This document shows, piece after piece, positions 1 through 13,350 of a stretch of 64,000 nt of DNA. The stretch comes from Octopus vulgaris. Lineage: Eukaryota. How positions within the stretch are numbered: the first letter of the stretch is position 1; the number at the start of each line of letters is the position of its first letter. The DNA is taken from positions 105,834,001 through 105,898,000 of the forward strand of contig OX597817.1 of the NCBI GenBank assembly GCA_951406725.2. Reading direction: 5' to 3'. The notes beneath the pieces are model-generated. The model searched no databases, had not been told where the DNA came from, and saw only the letters and a program-made list of their open reading frames with translations. A program made the position numbers and the translations under genes.

Positions 1-21
1 CACATATATATATATATATAT

Positions 22-52
<31 letters not shown>

Positions 53-74
53 CATACATACATGCATACATTGA

Positions 75-612
75 CAGGTTTCTTTCAGTTTCCGTCAACC
101 AAATCCACTCACAAGGCTTTGGTCGACCCGAGGCTATAGTAGAAGACACTTGCCAAAGGTGCCACGCAGTGGGGCTGAACATACATACGTACGAGAGGCT
201 TCTTTCAGTTTCGGGCTATCAAATCCACTCACAAGGCTTCGATCGGCCCAAGACTAGGAGATGACACTTGCCCAAGCTGCCACGCAGTTCGACTGAACTC
301 AGAACTATATGATTGGGAAACAAACTTCTTACACACACACCATACACACAAACACATGTCTGTATATGTGTGTGTATGGGTGTGTGTGTGTGTGTCCGTG
401 TCTCTGTGCTTGTCCCCCACCCACTGATTGACAACCGGTGTTGTTTTGTTTACATCCCTGTAACTCAACTGTTCGGCAAAAGAGACCAATAGATTAAGTA
501 CCAAGCTTTAAAATTAACTCATGCGATCAATTCGTTCGACTAAACCCCTTCAAGGCGATGCTCCAGTATGGCAGCAGTCCAAAGAGTAAAACAAGTAAAA
601 GATAAAACATAA
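75..612. mobile_element. Cluster of tRNA-derived SINE pieces (two minus-strand heads, one plus-strand tail; family A)
   Basis: Matches the complete copies at 4575-4950 and 29472-29885 (ttcagtttccgtc...aaatccactcacaaggctttggtcg; tail ...ctccagtatggc...aaacaagtaaaaga). Confidence 0.8.
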
Positions 613-1293
613 AAGATGAGATAACGTATGTTTTAAGGTTTCCATTGGCTACGTTTAGAACACCTGGTATATCTTAAAGTGTTGTATGTAACAAACCAGG
701 AAAGATAATTTATCATATAAAGTTAGAAGCTAAGGTACCGGTTATATAATTATAATTGTATACATGGGGAACAGCGTTCTGAGTATTGAGAAAACGTAAA
801 TTCCTAAGTTTCACTAGTTATCAGAATACACAATTGCTGATTACAAACCACAAGTGATCTCATTTGGAGTGAACGTAAAAAAAGAAAAAGCTTTGATCTC
901 TCTTGACAACAGTTATATAGACTTATATAGATTGGCTGAATGTCTGAACGTGAGTTGACTGTTTTATAATTATAAACAACACTCTAGTTGTCTGCTATGT
1001 AACTTTTCCAGATTTAAATATAGTACTGTCATGCCATTATCAATTAATTGACATCTCAGTCAATCGTTAGTATTTATCAGTAATCAAATATTCGTAATTG
1101 ATGTGCAAATTCTCGAATGATTCAAATTAGGCTTGGTTCTTGGAACAGAATAACAACAGAGAACCAAGAGACAGTTAATGTATGTATTGTTATCGCAGAA
1201 ATACAACAATACATACATTAAGAGCTCTGCAACAAATGGCTTTTCACATGTTATAGAGGAAGACAAGTATTGATATATGATATCATGCTGTAG

Positions 1294-1332
<39 letters not shown>

Positions 1333-1430
1333 CACACATTTTATAAGAGACAGGCATGCATGTACATGTTATGATAAAGACTTACGTAGAAATGCACTTG
1401 CTATAAGACCGGCACACAAACACACAGACG

Positions 1431-1499
<69 letters not shown>

Positions 1500-1589
1500 G
1501 TGCGCACGAACGCAGGTTCTTACTGTAGGGAAGAATCGATATGTATACTTTGCACTTACATATTATAATAGCTGTGACAAATCAATATG

Positions 1590-1838
1590 TACACATAAGA
1601 TGATTTATATGCGTCAGTGTGTGTGTGTGTATAAGTATGTATGTATGTACGTATATATACGTATATATATGTATGTATATATATATATATATATACATAT
1701 ATATATTTATATATACGTATATATACGTACATATGTATATATATATATACATGTTTATGTTTGTGTGTATAAGTATGTACGTATATATGTGTATATATAT
1801 ATATACATGTATGTATACACACACACACACACATATAT

Positions 1839-1871
<33 letters not shown>

Positions 1872-2008
1872 GTCTTTGTGTGTTTGTGTGTATGTGTATA
1901 TATCGGTGTGCACATGTGTATGTGTGTATATATACGTATATACATGTATGCGTATATATGTGTATATAAATGTGTGTATGTATGTATGCATACATGTATG
2001 TACATATA
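1590..2008. repeat. Compound (TA)n/(TG)n/(TATG)n microsatellite, representative of dozens of such tracts in the window
   Basis: Directly visible; tracts like this explain most ORFs in the track (YI/CV/HT-rich). Confidence 0.95.
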
Positions 2009-2014
2009 ACGTAG

Positions 2015-2093
2015 GAATGAACTTGGTAAAATTTCGGCGCATTTCTTATGCACCACACGATACGAATCTCTGGCTAGCTGCATGTTACGACTG
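2015..2093 (+). CDS. Candidate internal coding exon ([26 protein letters not shown]), product unknown
   Basis: tag|G...CTG|gtaatt boundaries, open frame, non-repetitive island of balanced composition; acceptor lacks a pyrimidine tract. Confidence 0.3.
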
Positions 2094-2415
2094 GTAATTA
2101 ATGTAGATTATGTGAGCAGGAAAAATCCAGGTACTTATCACTGAAAGAATGACTGGTTATATATTTTCATAGAGTAACATATAAGACCAACAGAAAGATG
2201 AAGATATCAGTATAGGAAAAGTTTTATATTGGTTACAATTGTTTCAGTATGACTTGGTTTTGAGCCTCATTACACATAAATAATTACGTTGCTGAACTAC
2301 TGAAGACTTCTATAATTTTGCATGGTTGAAAACAAAATTGGCTTTAAAAAAAGTTAAGTGTGACACCTCATCGGATGGTTTCCAAATTTAGCTGTGTGTA
2401 TGTGTGTGTGTACGT

Positions 2416-2454
<39 letters not shown>

Positions 2455-3139
2455 TGTGTGTGTGTGTGTTGTGTGTGTGTGTGTGTGTTTGTGTGTGTGT
2501 GTGCGTGTGTGTGTGTGCGTGCGTGTGTGCGTGCGTGTGTTTATATATATATTGCGAGAATGTGTGAGAAATGGTCGGATAGACAGATATGTATGTATGT
2601 ATGAGTGTGAGAAAAGAAGGTAGACATTATTCATAAACGAACAGAGATAAAAAATAAATCAAAATATGCTGAAGGATATCTTTATATTGTTAGAATCAGT
2701 AATACAAAATTATGCATTGTTGTTTTGGAGTCTGAAGAGACGACAAAGAATATTTTGATAAAGAATATGTGGGAATATATGTAGTTCTGAGTCAGTTCAA
2801 ACAACTGACTGGCAATTATAAAGAATCTATTCGTACTACTGCTGAGCACACAAGATTTAAAGGAAGGTAATGAGAAAAGTAGTAGAGGTCATTGATAGAA
2901 TTCTGGAGACTTTAGTAACGTCACAATGTTAATAGCAATAATAATGATTTCTGATGTAGGTACACAATCAGAAATTTTAAGACTGATCGTTTCCGAAGGA
3001 ATGAAAGGCAAGCTTGACCTCAGTAGGATTTGAAATAAGACCGTAAAGAGCTGGAAGGATACCGAATGAATACCAAATAAAAAATTTTTTGACACTTTAA
3101 AAAATTTTCCAACTCGCCGCCTTTGCAATATGTTTTTGT

Positions 3140-3478
3140 AATTTTGGCTCAAGGCCAGCTATTTAGAGGGGAGTTGACAAGTCTATTACATCGACCTCAG
3201 TACTTCACTGGTACTTATTCAATTGACACCAAAAAAATGAAAGACAAAGCTAACTTCGATGAGATTTGAGCTCAGAATATGAAGAGCCTAAACGAATGCC
3301 AATAAGCATTTTGTCCGACACTCTACTGATTCGCCAGCTAACCATCTTAATAATGCTTTCTACAATAGGCACAAGGCCTGAAATATTGAGGAGGGGATAA
3401 GTTGATTACATCGACCCCAGTGCTCAACAGGTACTTATTTAATCGACCCCGAAAGATGAAAGATACAATCAACTTAAA
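3140..3478 (-). mobile_element. Two tandem tRNA-derived SINE copies (family B)
   Basis: gattacatcgaccccagt...ggtacttatt...cgaccccgaaag motif shared with 30890-31310. Confidence 0.75.
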
Positions 3479-4218
3479 AGATGCAAAAGACATTGGTACA
3501 AGACAGCAAAACAGTTTTTTTTTACAGGTACACAAATTTATAATAAAACCAAAGAGGTAATAAAATTTTAAACAATGAAAATTCCCCAATAGGAGGACCT
3601 CCGAGAGTTACTCGTGGAAATCCCACCAAAAGTAATCACTCTGACCACTTAGGCAGCCGCTTTTCCTATTCATTTCTTTTTCAATCTAAAAGCGCATGCT
3701 CAGAGCGGGTCCGTTCTCTTGTAATATGCTTGCCACTCTCATCCACCGCTCAACAAATTTACTGAAATATGACACTTTTCTCTCTACCCTCAGTTTTCGT
3801 TTCAAATGAAACCTGAAAAAGTTGAGCGCTTGGGCTAGAGAGAAAAACATCTGTCTTCAGCCCTTTCAGTCCTGTCCACCACGCAGCCTCTTTTGCCATG
3901 GCTACCAGACAGACAAAAGCAAAATGTTAAGTAAGAAGAAAAAGGAAAACTAACAACAGAAATTGTTGAAAGGTCAAAAGAGAAAATTAAAATATGACTA
4001 GATAATATCATGATTAAAAAAGGTACATAGCTGATACATGAAAAGATTGAACTGAACGGAAGCAGACGAAGAAAATTCACAACAGTAGCTGAGAAATGCG
4101 GAACAAATAACTGAAACCGAGGAAATCTGGATGGCAGCGCAGGATCGAAACCTTCCACAATATATCACCAAAAGCATGTGAATATAAATTTGAACTATAT
4201 ATATATATATATATATTA

Positions 4219-4446
4219 TATGAGAGGTGCTGAATTATATGAGAGGTGCTTCGGGTAAAAGAAAATACAGGAGGATCAGTTAATTATGATTTTATTCAAC
4301 ATATTCTCCTCTTAGATTCACACACTTATTTTAGCGGTTCTTCATTTTTTTTTTTAAAGCCCTGTAAAACAACTCGGAAGGTTAGGCCTCCAATGAAGCC
4401 TTTCGCGATACTCTTAAATCCAGGAACTTTCCAGCACCCTCTCGTG
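4219..4446. mobile_element. Mariner-derived MITE in a (TA)n tract
   Basis: Degenerate terminal inverted repeats tgagaggtgctgaa / ttccagcaccctctcg, flanked by TA repeats. Confidence 0.5.
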
Positions 4447-4449
4447 TAT

Positions 4450-4566
<117 letters not shown>

Positions 4567-4574
4567 TACACACA

Positions 4575-4950
4575 CGCACAGGAGTGGCTGTGTGGTAAGT
4601 AGCTTGCTTACCAGCCTCATTGTTCCGGGTTCAGTCCCATTGCGCAGCACCTTGGGCAAGTGTCTTTTACTATAGCCTCGGACCGACCAAAACCTTGGGA
4701 GTGGATGTGGTAGACGGAAACTGAAAGAAGCCCGACTATATGTATATATATATATATATGTGTGTGTGTTTGTTGTCTGAGTGTGTCTCCCCACCATCGC
4801 TTGACAACCAATGCTGGTGTGCTTACGTCCCTGCTACTTAGCGGTTCGGCAAAAGAGAGGCTTACAGATAATAAGTCCTGGGATCGATTTGTTCGACTAA
4901 AGGCGGTACTCCAGCATGGACGAAGTCAAATGACTGAAACGAGTAAAAGA
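4575..4950 (+). mobile_element. Full-length tRNA-derived SINE (family A) with internal microsatellite
   Basis: A-box tggctgtgtggt and B-box-like ggttcagtccc in the head, central (TA)(TG) tract, conserved tail ending gaaacgagtaaaaga; many copies in the window. Confidence 0.9.
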
Positions 4951-4975
4951 ATGTTCAATAGCCAATTCATCTGTA

Positions 4976-5182
4976 GAATATTGGCACTCTTCCAAAATAT
5001 TTTTAGCATATGACTTATTTTGTTTTTCCCAGTGTATCTAAACACCCTTTATTGTGTTTTACCAAAAACTGCAGGAGAGCCATAAATTTAATAATATTTA
5101 CCTAATATATATGAATATTTATCTAATATATATATATATTATATCAAAGGTTTTTGTAACCTGTCAAAGACATTTTGTAAAT
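4976..5182 (+). repeat. ~200-bp sequence with a diverged inverted copy at 7920-8095
   Basis: gaatattggca...tttttcccagtgtatctaaaca...taccaaaaac occurs on + here and on - at 7920-8095. Confidence 0.75.
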
Positions 5183-5483
5183 ACACAGAGATCAAGATTA
5201 ATCTATGAGATAATATTGTGAAGGGTTCAGCAAGAGAAATGCCAAAAAATCAAAGTAACAGATCCAACAAACGATAATGTATCTGTCAGAGAAATGGAGA
5301 AATCATCCGAATATTAGGATATGGAAAAAGGGCTACGTGGACCGAAAAGAGAAGCAATCCCTAAAACAATAGTTGTCTTGGAAATAATATTAAAAAAAAC
5401 ACACCGACAAATAAATAGCCAAGACACTAAGACTTAAAATACTCAATATACAGAAAATAGTACGACTAGGCACCGCACACATA
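5183..5483 (+). pseudogene. Decayed restriction-like endonuclease (REL) C-terminus of an R4/Dong-type LINE, interrupted by mariner and resuming at ~6747-6785
   Basis: Translates to PTNDNVSVREMEK...QKIVRLGTAHI|LYK, homologous to the GTAHILRKILS end at 24590-24626. Confidence 0.7.
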
Positions 5484-6746
5484 ACAGGTCATCGCATAAT
5501 TTCTGTCCGAATTTCGAATAAAGAAAACAAGCGATCAAATGTTATATTTAATTGAAATTTAATTATCGATGTACTTTCCCTGATCATCTATGACTTCCCT
5601 CCATCTATTTACAAGCTTTTTAATCCCATCAATGTAAGACTCTTTTGGTTTCAAAGCGAAGAACTCTGAAGTGTCAGTTTCAATCTCCTCCTGGCTTGCG
5701 AAAGTTTGTCCCACAAATGATTCTGTAAACTACGAAACAAATGTAGTCTGAAGGAGCAAGGTCGGGAGAATAAGGTGGATGAGGATTTTTACCCAACCAA
5801 GCTCTTCAATCTTCTGTGATGTGATCTTAGCAATGTGGGGTCGCGCATTGTCCTGATGAAACATCACTCCTTTTCAATTCACTAAAGTGGGTCTTTTTTT
5901 CTTCAAAGCTGACAGTAGAATTGCTGACAGTAGACTTGAGCTTTGATTGTTGCATTAGGTGGTAACAATTCAAAGTGAACTACTCCTTTGCAATCCCACC
6001 AGATAGAGAGAAGAAACTTTTTTCCATGAAGTTCCCTTCTCGGTTGTGGGTGAGTTTTTTCCCTTTTACCAAGCCACTGTTTACAACATTTAACATTTTC
6101 GATAGAAGATCCATTTTTCATCACCAGTCACAAGTCTATCCAAAAAGGGTGAAATGAATTCGTGAGAATGAAGAGAAGAGCAGATGTCAACTTGGGATTT
6201 GCGGTTGCTTTCGGTCAATTCATGAGGAACCCATTTTCCAAGTTGTTGAAGAAGATGATGAACAGTTCTTTGGTTTGAACTAAGCTTTATTGCCAATTCT
6301 TCAACTGATAATGCAGGATTTTCTTCAAGTAATGCCTCAAGGAGCTTATCATCAAACTCAGCTGGACGTCATGTTCGATCTTCCTCTTCAAGACTGAAAT
6401 CTCCACTTCTGAATTTTGCAAACCATCTTCTGCAAGTTCTTTCATTCAAGTATTCTTTCCCATAAACTGAGTGCATGTTTCGAGTCGCTTCGGCTGCAGA
6501 GTTTCCTTTTTTGTACTCATAAAGCATTATGTGCCTTAAATGTTCTTTGGATACTTCCATGTTAGAAAGGGTTTTAATCAAAGACATTTTAATTCTATTA
6601 TTCTATAAAATAATATTTAATTAGTTTAAATATACACAAATGTATAAAAATAATTTTTAATCCCATTAGACAGTCTAAAATACTATTAAATTTCATTCAA
6701 TTTTTAAAAAATGGTAAAATTGGACAGAACTTATGGGATGACTTGA
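5484..6746 (-). mobile_element. Mariner (DD34D) DNA transposon, full-length-sized, frameshifted transposase
   Basis: TIRs caggtcatcgcataatttctgtcc / ggacagaacttatgggatgacttg; HTH (ORF 6369-6587), WVPHEL, VTGDEKW, FHQDNARPH and HPPYSPDLAPSDY motifs. Confidence 0.95.
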
Positions 6747-6794
6747 TTGTACAAAAATCACTTTCAATACGATCAAAATAACAAAATATATTGG

Positions 6795-6838
6795 TTTCAG
6801 TTATGAGACTGGTGCGCTGCCTATTGCGCTACCGAAGC
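6795..6838 (-). pseudogene. 5' half of an elongator tRNA-Met(CAT), 3'-truncated
   Basis: Reverse complement gcttcggtagcgcaataggcagcgcaccagtctcataactga has the D-arm and the CAT anticodon arm of eukaryotic tRNA-Met; T-arm absent. Confidence 0.7.
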
Positions 6839-6849
6839 ACTAAATATTG

Positions 6850-7420
6850 CATATGCGAAGGTATTAAGTTGCGCTCGGTATTGCGGTAAAAGTGCCGTCG
6901 GACAAAATGTCTTCCAGCATTTTTCCGGCTCTTATCGTTCCATATCCAGATTCCGTCGAGATCGACTTTCCCTTTTGATTACTCTAGGCCCGATAAAATA
7001 AAGTGCAAAGTAAGGGGTCAACGGTATCCACTAATTCTTCCCGTAAAATGTCAGGCCTTGTGACCCAGTTAGAACCCATTGGTGGTAGGCTCGCAGATTC
7101 GTTAGATTTGTACCTCTGCCGAAATCGGCTGTACTTTCACCCTTTCAAGACCTATAAAAAAAAGGAGTAGCAGTTGAGCACTTGGGCCTGTGTAATTGGT
7201 CTCTCCCCAAAATCACTGATCTAGTGCCAAAATTGGTGAGCTATCAGCATCGCTTGTACGTCGGACAAAATGCATTGCGACATTTCTTCCAGCTTTCCGT
7301 TCTGGGTGCCACTGACGTCGACTTAGCCTTTCACCCTTTCGAGGGTGATAAAGTACCAATCGAACACTTATGACACCCACTAAAATTACTGGTTTTGTGC
7401 CAGAATTTGAGACAAAACCA
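6850..7420 (+). mobile_element. Three tandem decayed SINE copies (family B)
   Basis: Repeated cgacttt(g)cctttca.cctttc...gataaa...ggccttgtg motifs. Confidence 0.7.
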
Positions 7421-7422
7421 TG

Positions 7423-7470
<48 letters not shown>

Positions 7471-7640
7471 GTTATTATTATCATTATTGTTGTTGTTGTT
7501 GTTATTATTATTATTATCATCATCATCATTATTATTATCACTATTAATATTAATCATTACTATTATAACCACCACCACAATCACCACCACCACCACCACC
7601 ACCACCATCATCATCATCATTATCATTCTCATTATTATAG
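7423..7640. repeat. Compound trinucleotide microsatellite (ATT/GTT/CAC/CAT)
   Basis: Directly visible. Confidence 0.95.
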
Positions 7641-7780
7641 AGTAACTTTCAGTTAAACGAGAATGAAAAGAGAAGCAAATATTTTTGTTTCCTTTAAAAA
7701 GGAATTAATTAGCTATCGATTTCTGCTGAAAGATATTGAACAGCTATTTTTTTTACTACGACACAGAAGCAGCACTGTTT

Positions 7781-7835
7781 TGGGCGGTTATTTATAGAGG
7801 CTTCTGAAATAACTTCCGGCGCATAGCAAATGGCG
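7781..7835 (+). promoter_or_regulatory. Candidate promoter motif cluster: GC box, ETS site, YY1-like site
   Basis: tgggcgg 7781-7787, acttccgg 7812-7819 and caaatggcg 7827-7835 within 55 bp of otherwise CpG-poor DNA. Confidence 0.35.
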
Positions 7836-8154
7836 CATCCCATTTGCATTATAAACTATTTTAACTTTTTCTTTTTCTGCTTAGCTTCAAAGAGGTTTGA
7901 GGTTAGAATCTTCAGAGCATACTTACAGAGTGTCTCTGACACGTTACTAAAAATTCTTAATATTTTATACAAATATATTAAACTTGTAACTCTCTTGCTG
8001 TTTTTGGTACAACACAAGAAAATATGTTTAGATACACTGGGAAAAATAAAATAGCTGGTATGATAAAGGCATTTTGTAAAATTGCCAATATTCTTCATTT
8101 GGTAAAATATGTCTCTGTGATTGTGTGTGTTTATTGATTGACAATGTATATACA

Positions 8155-8187
<33 letters not shown>

Positions 8188-8454
8188 TGTATGTATGTAT
8201 GTATCTATTTATCTATCTATCTATTTCTCTCTCTCTCTATTTATGTGTGTGTGTGTGTACATACATACATACATACATATATGTATATAAAGATATATAT
8301 ATATGTATATATATGTATATATGTATATATATATATGTATATATATACTCAAACCTAAGTACCTATCTATCTTGCTAGCTAGCTAGCTTAGCTTTCTGTA
8401 TGTATGTATGTATGTATGTATGTATGTGTGTATGTATGTATGTATGTATGTAAG

Positions 8455-8485
<31 letters not shown>

Positions 8486-8594
8486 GTATGTATGTATGTA
8501 TGCATGCATGCATGCATGTATGTATGCATGCATGCATGTATGTATGTATGTATATATGTATGTATGTATTCATGTATGTATGTATGTATGTATG

Positions 8595-8885
8595 TGAAGG
8601 CACATGGCTTAGTGGTTAAGGCGTTGGACTCTCGGTCGCAAGATCCTGGTTTCAATTCCTGAACCGGTTGGGTCGTGGTGTTCTTGAGCAAAACACTTCA
8701 TCTAAGGATGCTCTACGATCACTGCGACACTTGACGCGTGTTACACTGCGCACCTGTTCGAGCAACATCGATTTGATGGAAATTTGTACAGCACACACAT
8801 TTGATCACTATAAACAAATCATTTGTGCCGGTCGTTCAGCAAAAACTGAACGCTCACCCGGCATTTTCGACGGGAGACTCGATCA
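8595..8885 (+). mobile_element. tRNA-derived SINE (family C)
   Basis: tggcttagtggttaag...ggtttcaattcc head followed by gtgttcttgagcaaaacactt; second copy at 45095-45390. Confidence 0.8.
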
Positions 8886-8917
8886 TACATGTGTGTGTGT
8901 GTGTGTGTGTGTGTCTG

Positions 8918-9053
<136 letters not shown>

Positions 9054-9089
9054 TTTGCGCGCACACACTCATGCACATAAACATAGATA

Positions 9090-9653
9090 GTAAACCCCTG
9101 GTGAAATGGACTAATAGGAAGATGGTCTGTCCGTTGATGCAGAAAATTCATTAGATTGGCCGTAGATAAGGAGCTATTTTGCATCGTTTTCCACATAAAA
9201 GAAAACAAACACAGTGTATGTATTTGCACGATATAAAATTATCAAACTATAATAAAGAAGAATATGTATTTATTTTTCATTTATTTTATCTTTTTGACAA
9301 CGTAGTTGAAGAGTATACAGTAATCTTTATTCAGTGTCTGAAAGTAGAAGTGAAGAGGAATCCATTTCCCCTTCAGGCTTTTCTGAAATGGGTATATATG
9401 GAAACACTGATGTCGTCTGTTTGTTCATATGCAGACAGTTGTGATGTACACGTTGTTAGAGGTGAAATTGAAGTTATCTTAGAAAAGGACCTAGCTATAG
9501 TTGTTCGCTGTTCTAACATTCTTTCTTAATCAAAATTGCTTTGAACTATCGAACATATTCATTGTAAAAGACAATCTCAGGATCAGCTGCCCTTTTGTAG
9601 TAGAAAGCATTGTCCATGAGATAATTTATCTCAGTGTTGCCCATATTTGTATC

Positions 9654-9684
<31 letters not shown>

Positions 9685-10625
9685 CTTCTTCTTCTTCTTC
9701 TTCTTCTTCTTCTTCTTCTTCTTCTTCTTCTTCTTCTTCTTCTTCTTCTTCTTCTTCAAGGTTTTTTTCTCCGGCCGTATCATATAGAGCCTCATTTACA
9801 ATTTCTTCGTCAGTGAAGACTTGATAACCAGAATCATATTCAATTTCAAGCTGCTTCTGGACATTATCTTTAGTTGTTTCCCAGTTGCCAACATTTACAA
9901 AGTAGTTTGTCTCAGATTCTTCAAACTCCAAATTAGGTTCGATATTATTCAACAACTTCTTCCTGACATTTACCATAGTCGTCATCATCAACTCCTTCCA
10001 AATACAAAGTTCAAAAACATAAACTTAACGTTGGACATTCATAGATTCTGAAGAGTCCAACCCCACCCCCACTGTATTTTCTGCATCAGCGCCATCCTCC
10101 AACACAACCATTATTTCTACCTAAAAATTTTTCCAATGTAGCCTTTTGCAGGCAATATTTATTCTCTAATTTATTGACTGAGTAAATAAAAGTGTGTTAG
10201 GAGGCCGAAAACAAGATACTGAATTCTGCTATCTCTACTAATTGCTCAGTATTAGGATGAGCAGAGGTTTTATAAAAAGCAACAATGTTCTAAATTATGT
10301 GTGGGTAAATCTTCAAAATACTGGTCACGGAACGGCTGGCGTCAGTGGTGAAGTGACTGGGGAACCAATCAAGATAAAATCTCTGAGGTTAAACACAGAT
10401 CCTTTGAGTTGAGGGAATTGATGCATAATATCCTTAAGGATGCATAATTTCTTTCATATCCTTACTTCACTACCAACTAGGCTGAAATGCCGGAATGTAT
10501 CTGACGTTTTCGCTAGCCGCTGATATAAATTGTTGTTGTTCCCTTTTTAAACACAGCTGATGCATAAGAGTTGTTTCCTCTGAACGAGTACCGCAGTAAA
10601 TTGCCTTTCAATGATGTAATTACAT
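9090..10625 (-). mobile_element. Highly decayed pogo/Tigger-like transposase remnant with an internal (GAA)n expansion at 9655-9757
   Basis: SAHP...FRPPNTLLFTQSIN resembles the DDE_1 motif AHP...FLPPNTTSLIQPMD; DSGYQVFTDEEIV resembles the Tigger C-terminus. Confidence 0.55.
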
Positions 10626-10641
10626 TAAATAGGATACAGAG

Positions 10642-10676
<35 letters not shown>

Positions 10677-10983
10677 GACGTCGTCCACTACATTTCGAGC
10701 ATAACTAATTTCTCATTATGATAACTACTTGTAACAGGCTTCAAAACATTGTACCATAGACCCTAAAATGATAGCCGTGCCCTGATTTGTATTTGAAGCA
10801 TTTCATAACAAATGTAGCTCATAATTTGTTCAAGAAGCACAAATAGTGTTGTATTTAGTATATTATAAATTGCTTTCACACAGAAGTAGTAATCCAGTTT
10901 TTTCAGTTAAAATCAAGTATAAAATAGTGCGAATTATTGATATTATTTGGGTTGACGCTCAAAGAAGAATGGTAAGAGGAAAC

Positions 10984-11020
10984 GGTATAACGTTTCGGGC
11001 ATAGCCCTTCTTCAGATACC
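10984..11020 (-). ncRNA. Minimal type I hammerhead ribozyme in a PLE pLTR-like fragment (~10900-11120)
   Basis: GGUAU-CUGAAGA-A-GGGC uau GCCC-GAAA-C-GUU-AUACC: 5-bp stem I, intact core, palindromic ACGU stem III. Confidence 0.8.
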
Positions 11021-11355
11021 AGAGAGTAGTGCAAGTGAAACTGGGTAGTGAAGAGAGAGGAGAAAGAAGGTAAAAAAAAAGAGAACACCAGGAAATGTCG
11101 CACGTGGGTTCGGTTTGTTTGACTTATATGTGCGAGGTATATGTGTACGTGTTTGTGTGTGTTTGTGTGTGTCTGTGTGTGTGCGTGTGTGTGTGTATGT
11201 GTGTGTTTGTATGTGAATGTGTGTTTGAATGTATATTATGTAAATATATTGGCCTACATGTATACGCAAACGCGTGCGCGTAGACACTCACACACACATA
11301 CATACACACACACACGCATGTTTACATATAAATATATACGTATATAAATGTATAC

Positions 11356-11420
<65 letters not shown>

Positions 11421-11488
11421 AAACCTTTACATATATAAATAACGTGAAATACACAAAGGGACGAACATAAGAGACAATATATATATAC

Positions 11489-11525
<37 letters not shown>

Positions 11526-11550
11526 GAGAGAGGTAGAGAGAGAGAGAGAG

Positions 11551-11634
<84 letters not shown>

Positions 11635-11682
11635 TGGTAGATTGGTAGATTGGTAGATTGGTAGATAGATTTATTTACATCC

Positions 11683-11716
<34 letters not shown>

Positions 11717-12050
11717 ATGAATACACACACATATATCCCGATTAAAAAAGGTGTGGAAGAGAAACTGTCTGCTGCTATAATTCATATTGCCAGACAAAAC
11801 AAACATATTAAATGTTTATAAATATACTAAAATATCAACTGAATATTTTGATCTTTATTAAGCATTGAAGTACATAGGCATCGATGCTGATATATTTCGA
11901 TAATCATATTGATGTATATTTTACCTGCCAATCCTGATAGATAGACTGAGACCAGTCTCTAACAAAATTTCATACCACAAAATACAATTATGGAACTCTA
12001 ACATATATCTGTTCATCTAATAAAAAAAGAAACACACACACACACAAATA

Positions 12051-12159
<109 letters not shown>

Positions 12160-12618
12160 TATATGTTGATATATATATGTTTGTATATGTACATGTATAT
12201 GTATATAAATACATATATATATATAAATATATATACATATATTTATATTTATATATATGTATGTATGTGTGTGTGTAAGTGTACACACATATATATTACA
12301 TTTACATATATAGATGTATACTCATAAATATATATATATATATATATACGCTACACACACATATCCACGCAGAATCATATTTTCTGCCTGACAAAAATAC
12401 ATAAAATATATTTTGGTTTTATCATTCTAAAAGTTTTAACTGGAAATATATCAGTAATTTTAGGTAGACGGGAAAATCATTCGATATATTACGATCTTCA
12501 ATTTATAAAATTCGAAGTTTTCCAACTCGATTAATATCTGATTTCATAAATATACTACGTGTTGAAGTGATATTTGTTATATGGAATTTACAAATACAAA
12601 AACGCCTATCTTAACGAA

Positions 12619-12725
<107 letters not shown>

Positions 12726-12752
12726 ACTATTAACTTTTACTAGGGAAATGTA

Positions 12753-12797
12753 ACTACCACTTGGAAGTTGTTTCGGCCTTTTCGATCTCATCAGATT
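12753..12797 (-). ncRNA. Type I hammerhead motif, core intact, stems partly mutated
   Basis: aau-CUGAUGA-gauc gaaaa ggcc-GAAA-caacuuccaagug-GUA-guu. Confidence 0.55.
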
Positions 12798-13139
12798 GTC
12801 TGAATGTGTGATGACTGCGAGGTAGCCGAAACTCCGAAGTCAGTAATACTTCACAGTTTAATGTTATAGTGTTTTTATATATAACTTCAAAGGAAAACAG
12901 ACATTAATATTGGTAAGAAGCTTGTTTCCCGACTACATTGTTCCGGGTTCAGTCCCACTGCATGACACCTTGGGTAAGTGTCTTCTACTAATGTTTTGAG
13001 CCGACCGAAGCCTTGTGAGTAGATTTAGTAGACAGAAACTGAATGAAACACGTGGTATGTATGTATGTTTGTATGTATGTATGTATGTATGTATGTATGT
13101 ATGTATGTATGTATGTATGTATGTATGTATGTATGTATG

Positions 13140-13181
<42 letters not shown>

Positions 13182-13228
13182 AATATATATATACTTTATT
13201 TAAAAGCAGCAGAAATATCACAAAAAAA

Positions 13229-13266
13229 CTGTTACTCAGAGTTTCACGTTCTCATTCATCAGACAG
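13229..13266 (-). ncRNA. Minimal type I hammerhead ribozyme
   Basis: CUGU-CUGAUGA-AUG agaa CGU-GAAA-CUCUGA-GUA-ACAG: stems I, II and III pair, GUA cleavage triplet. Confidence 0.8.
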
Positions 13267-13283
13267 CTTTGGCATATTACTCT

Positions 13284-13350
13284 ATAAATGTGTAACATGG
13301 AGGAAAAAAGAGTACTCAGTACTCCTTTTTCCTCCATGTTACACATTTAT
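13284..13350. repeat. Near-perfect ~67-bp palindrome
   Basis: ataaatgtgtaacatggaggaaaaa...tttttcctccatgttacacatttat. Confidence 0.9.

Noticed and set aside
9626-9991. Poly-glutamate protein ORF
   Set aside because: (GAA)n expansion inside a decayed Tigger-like transposase
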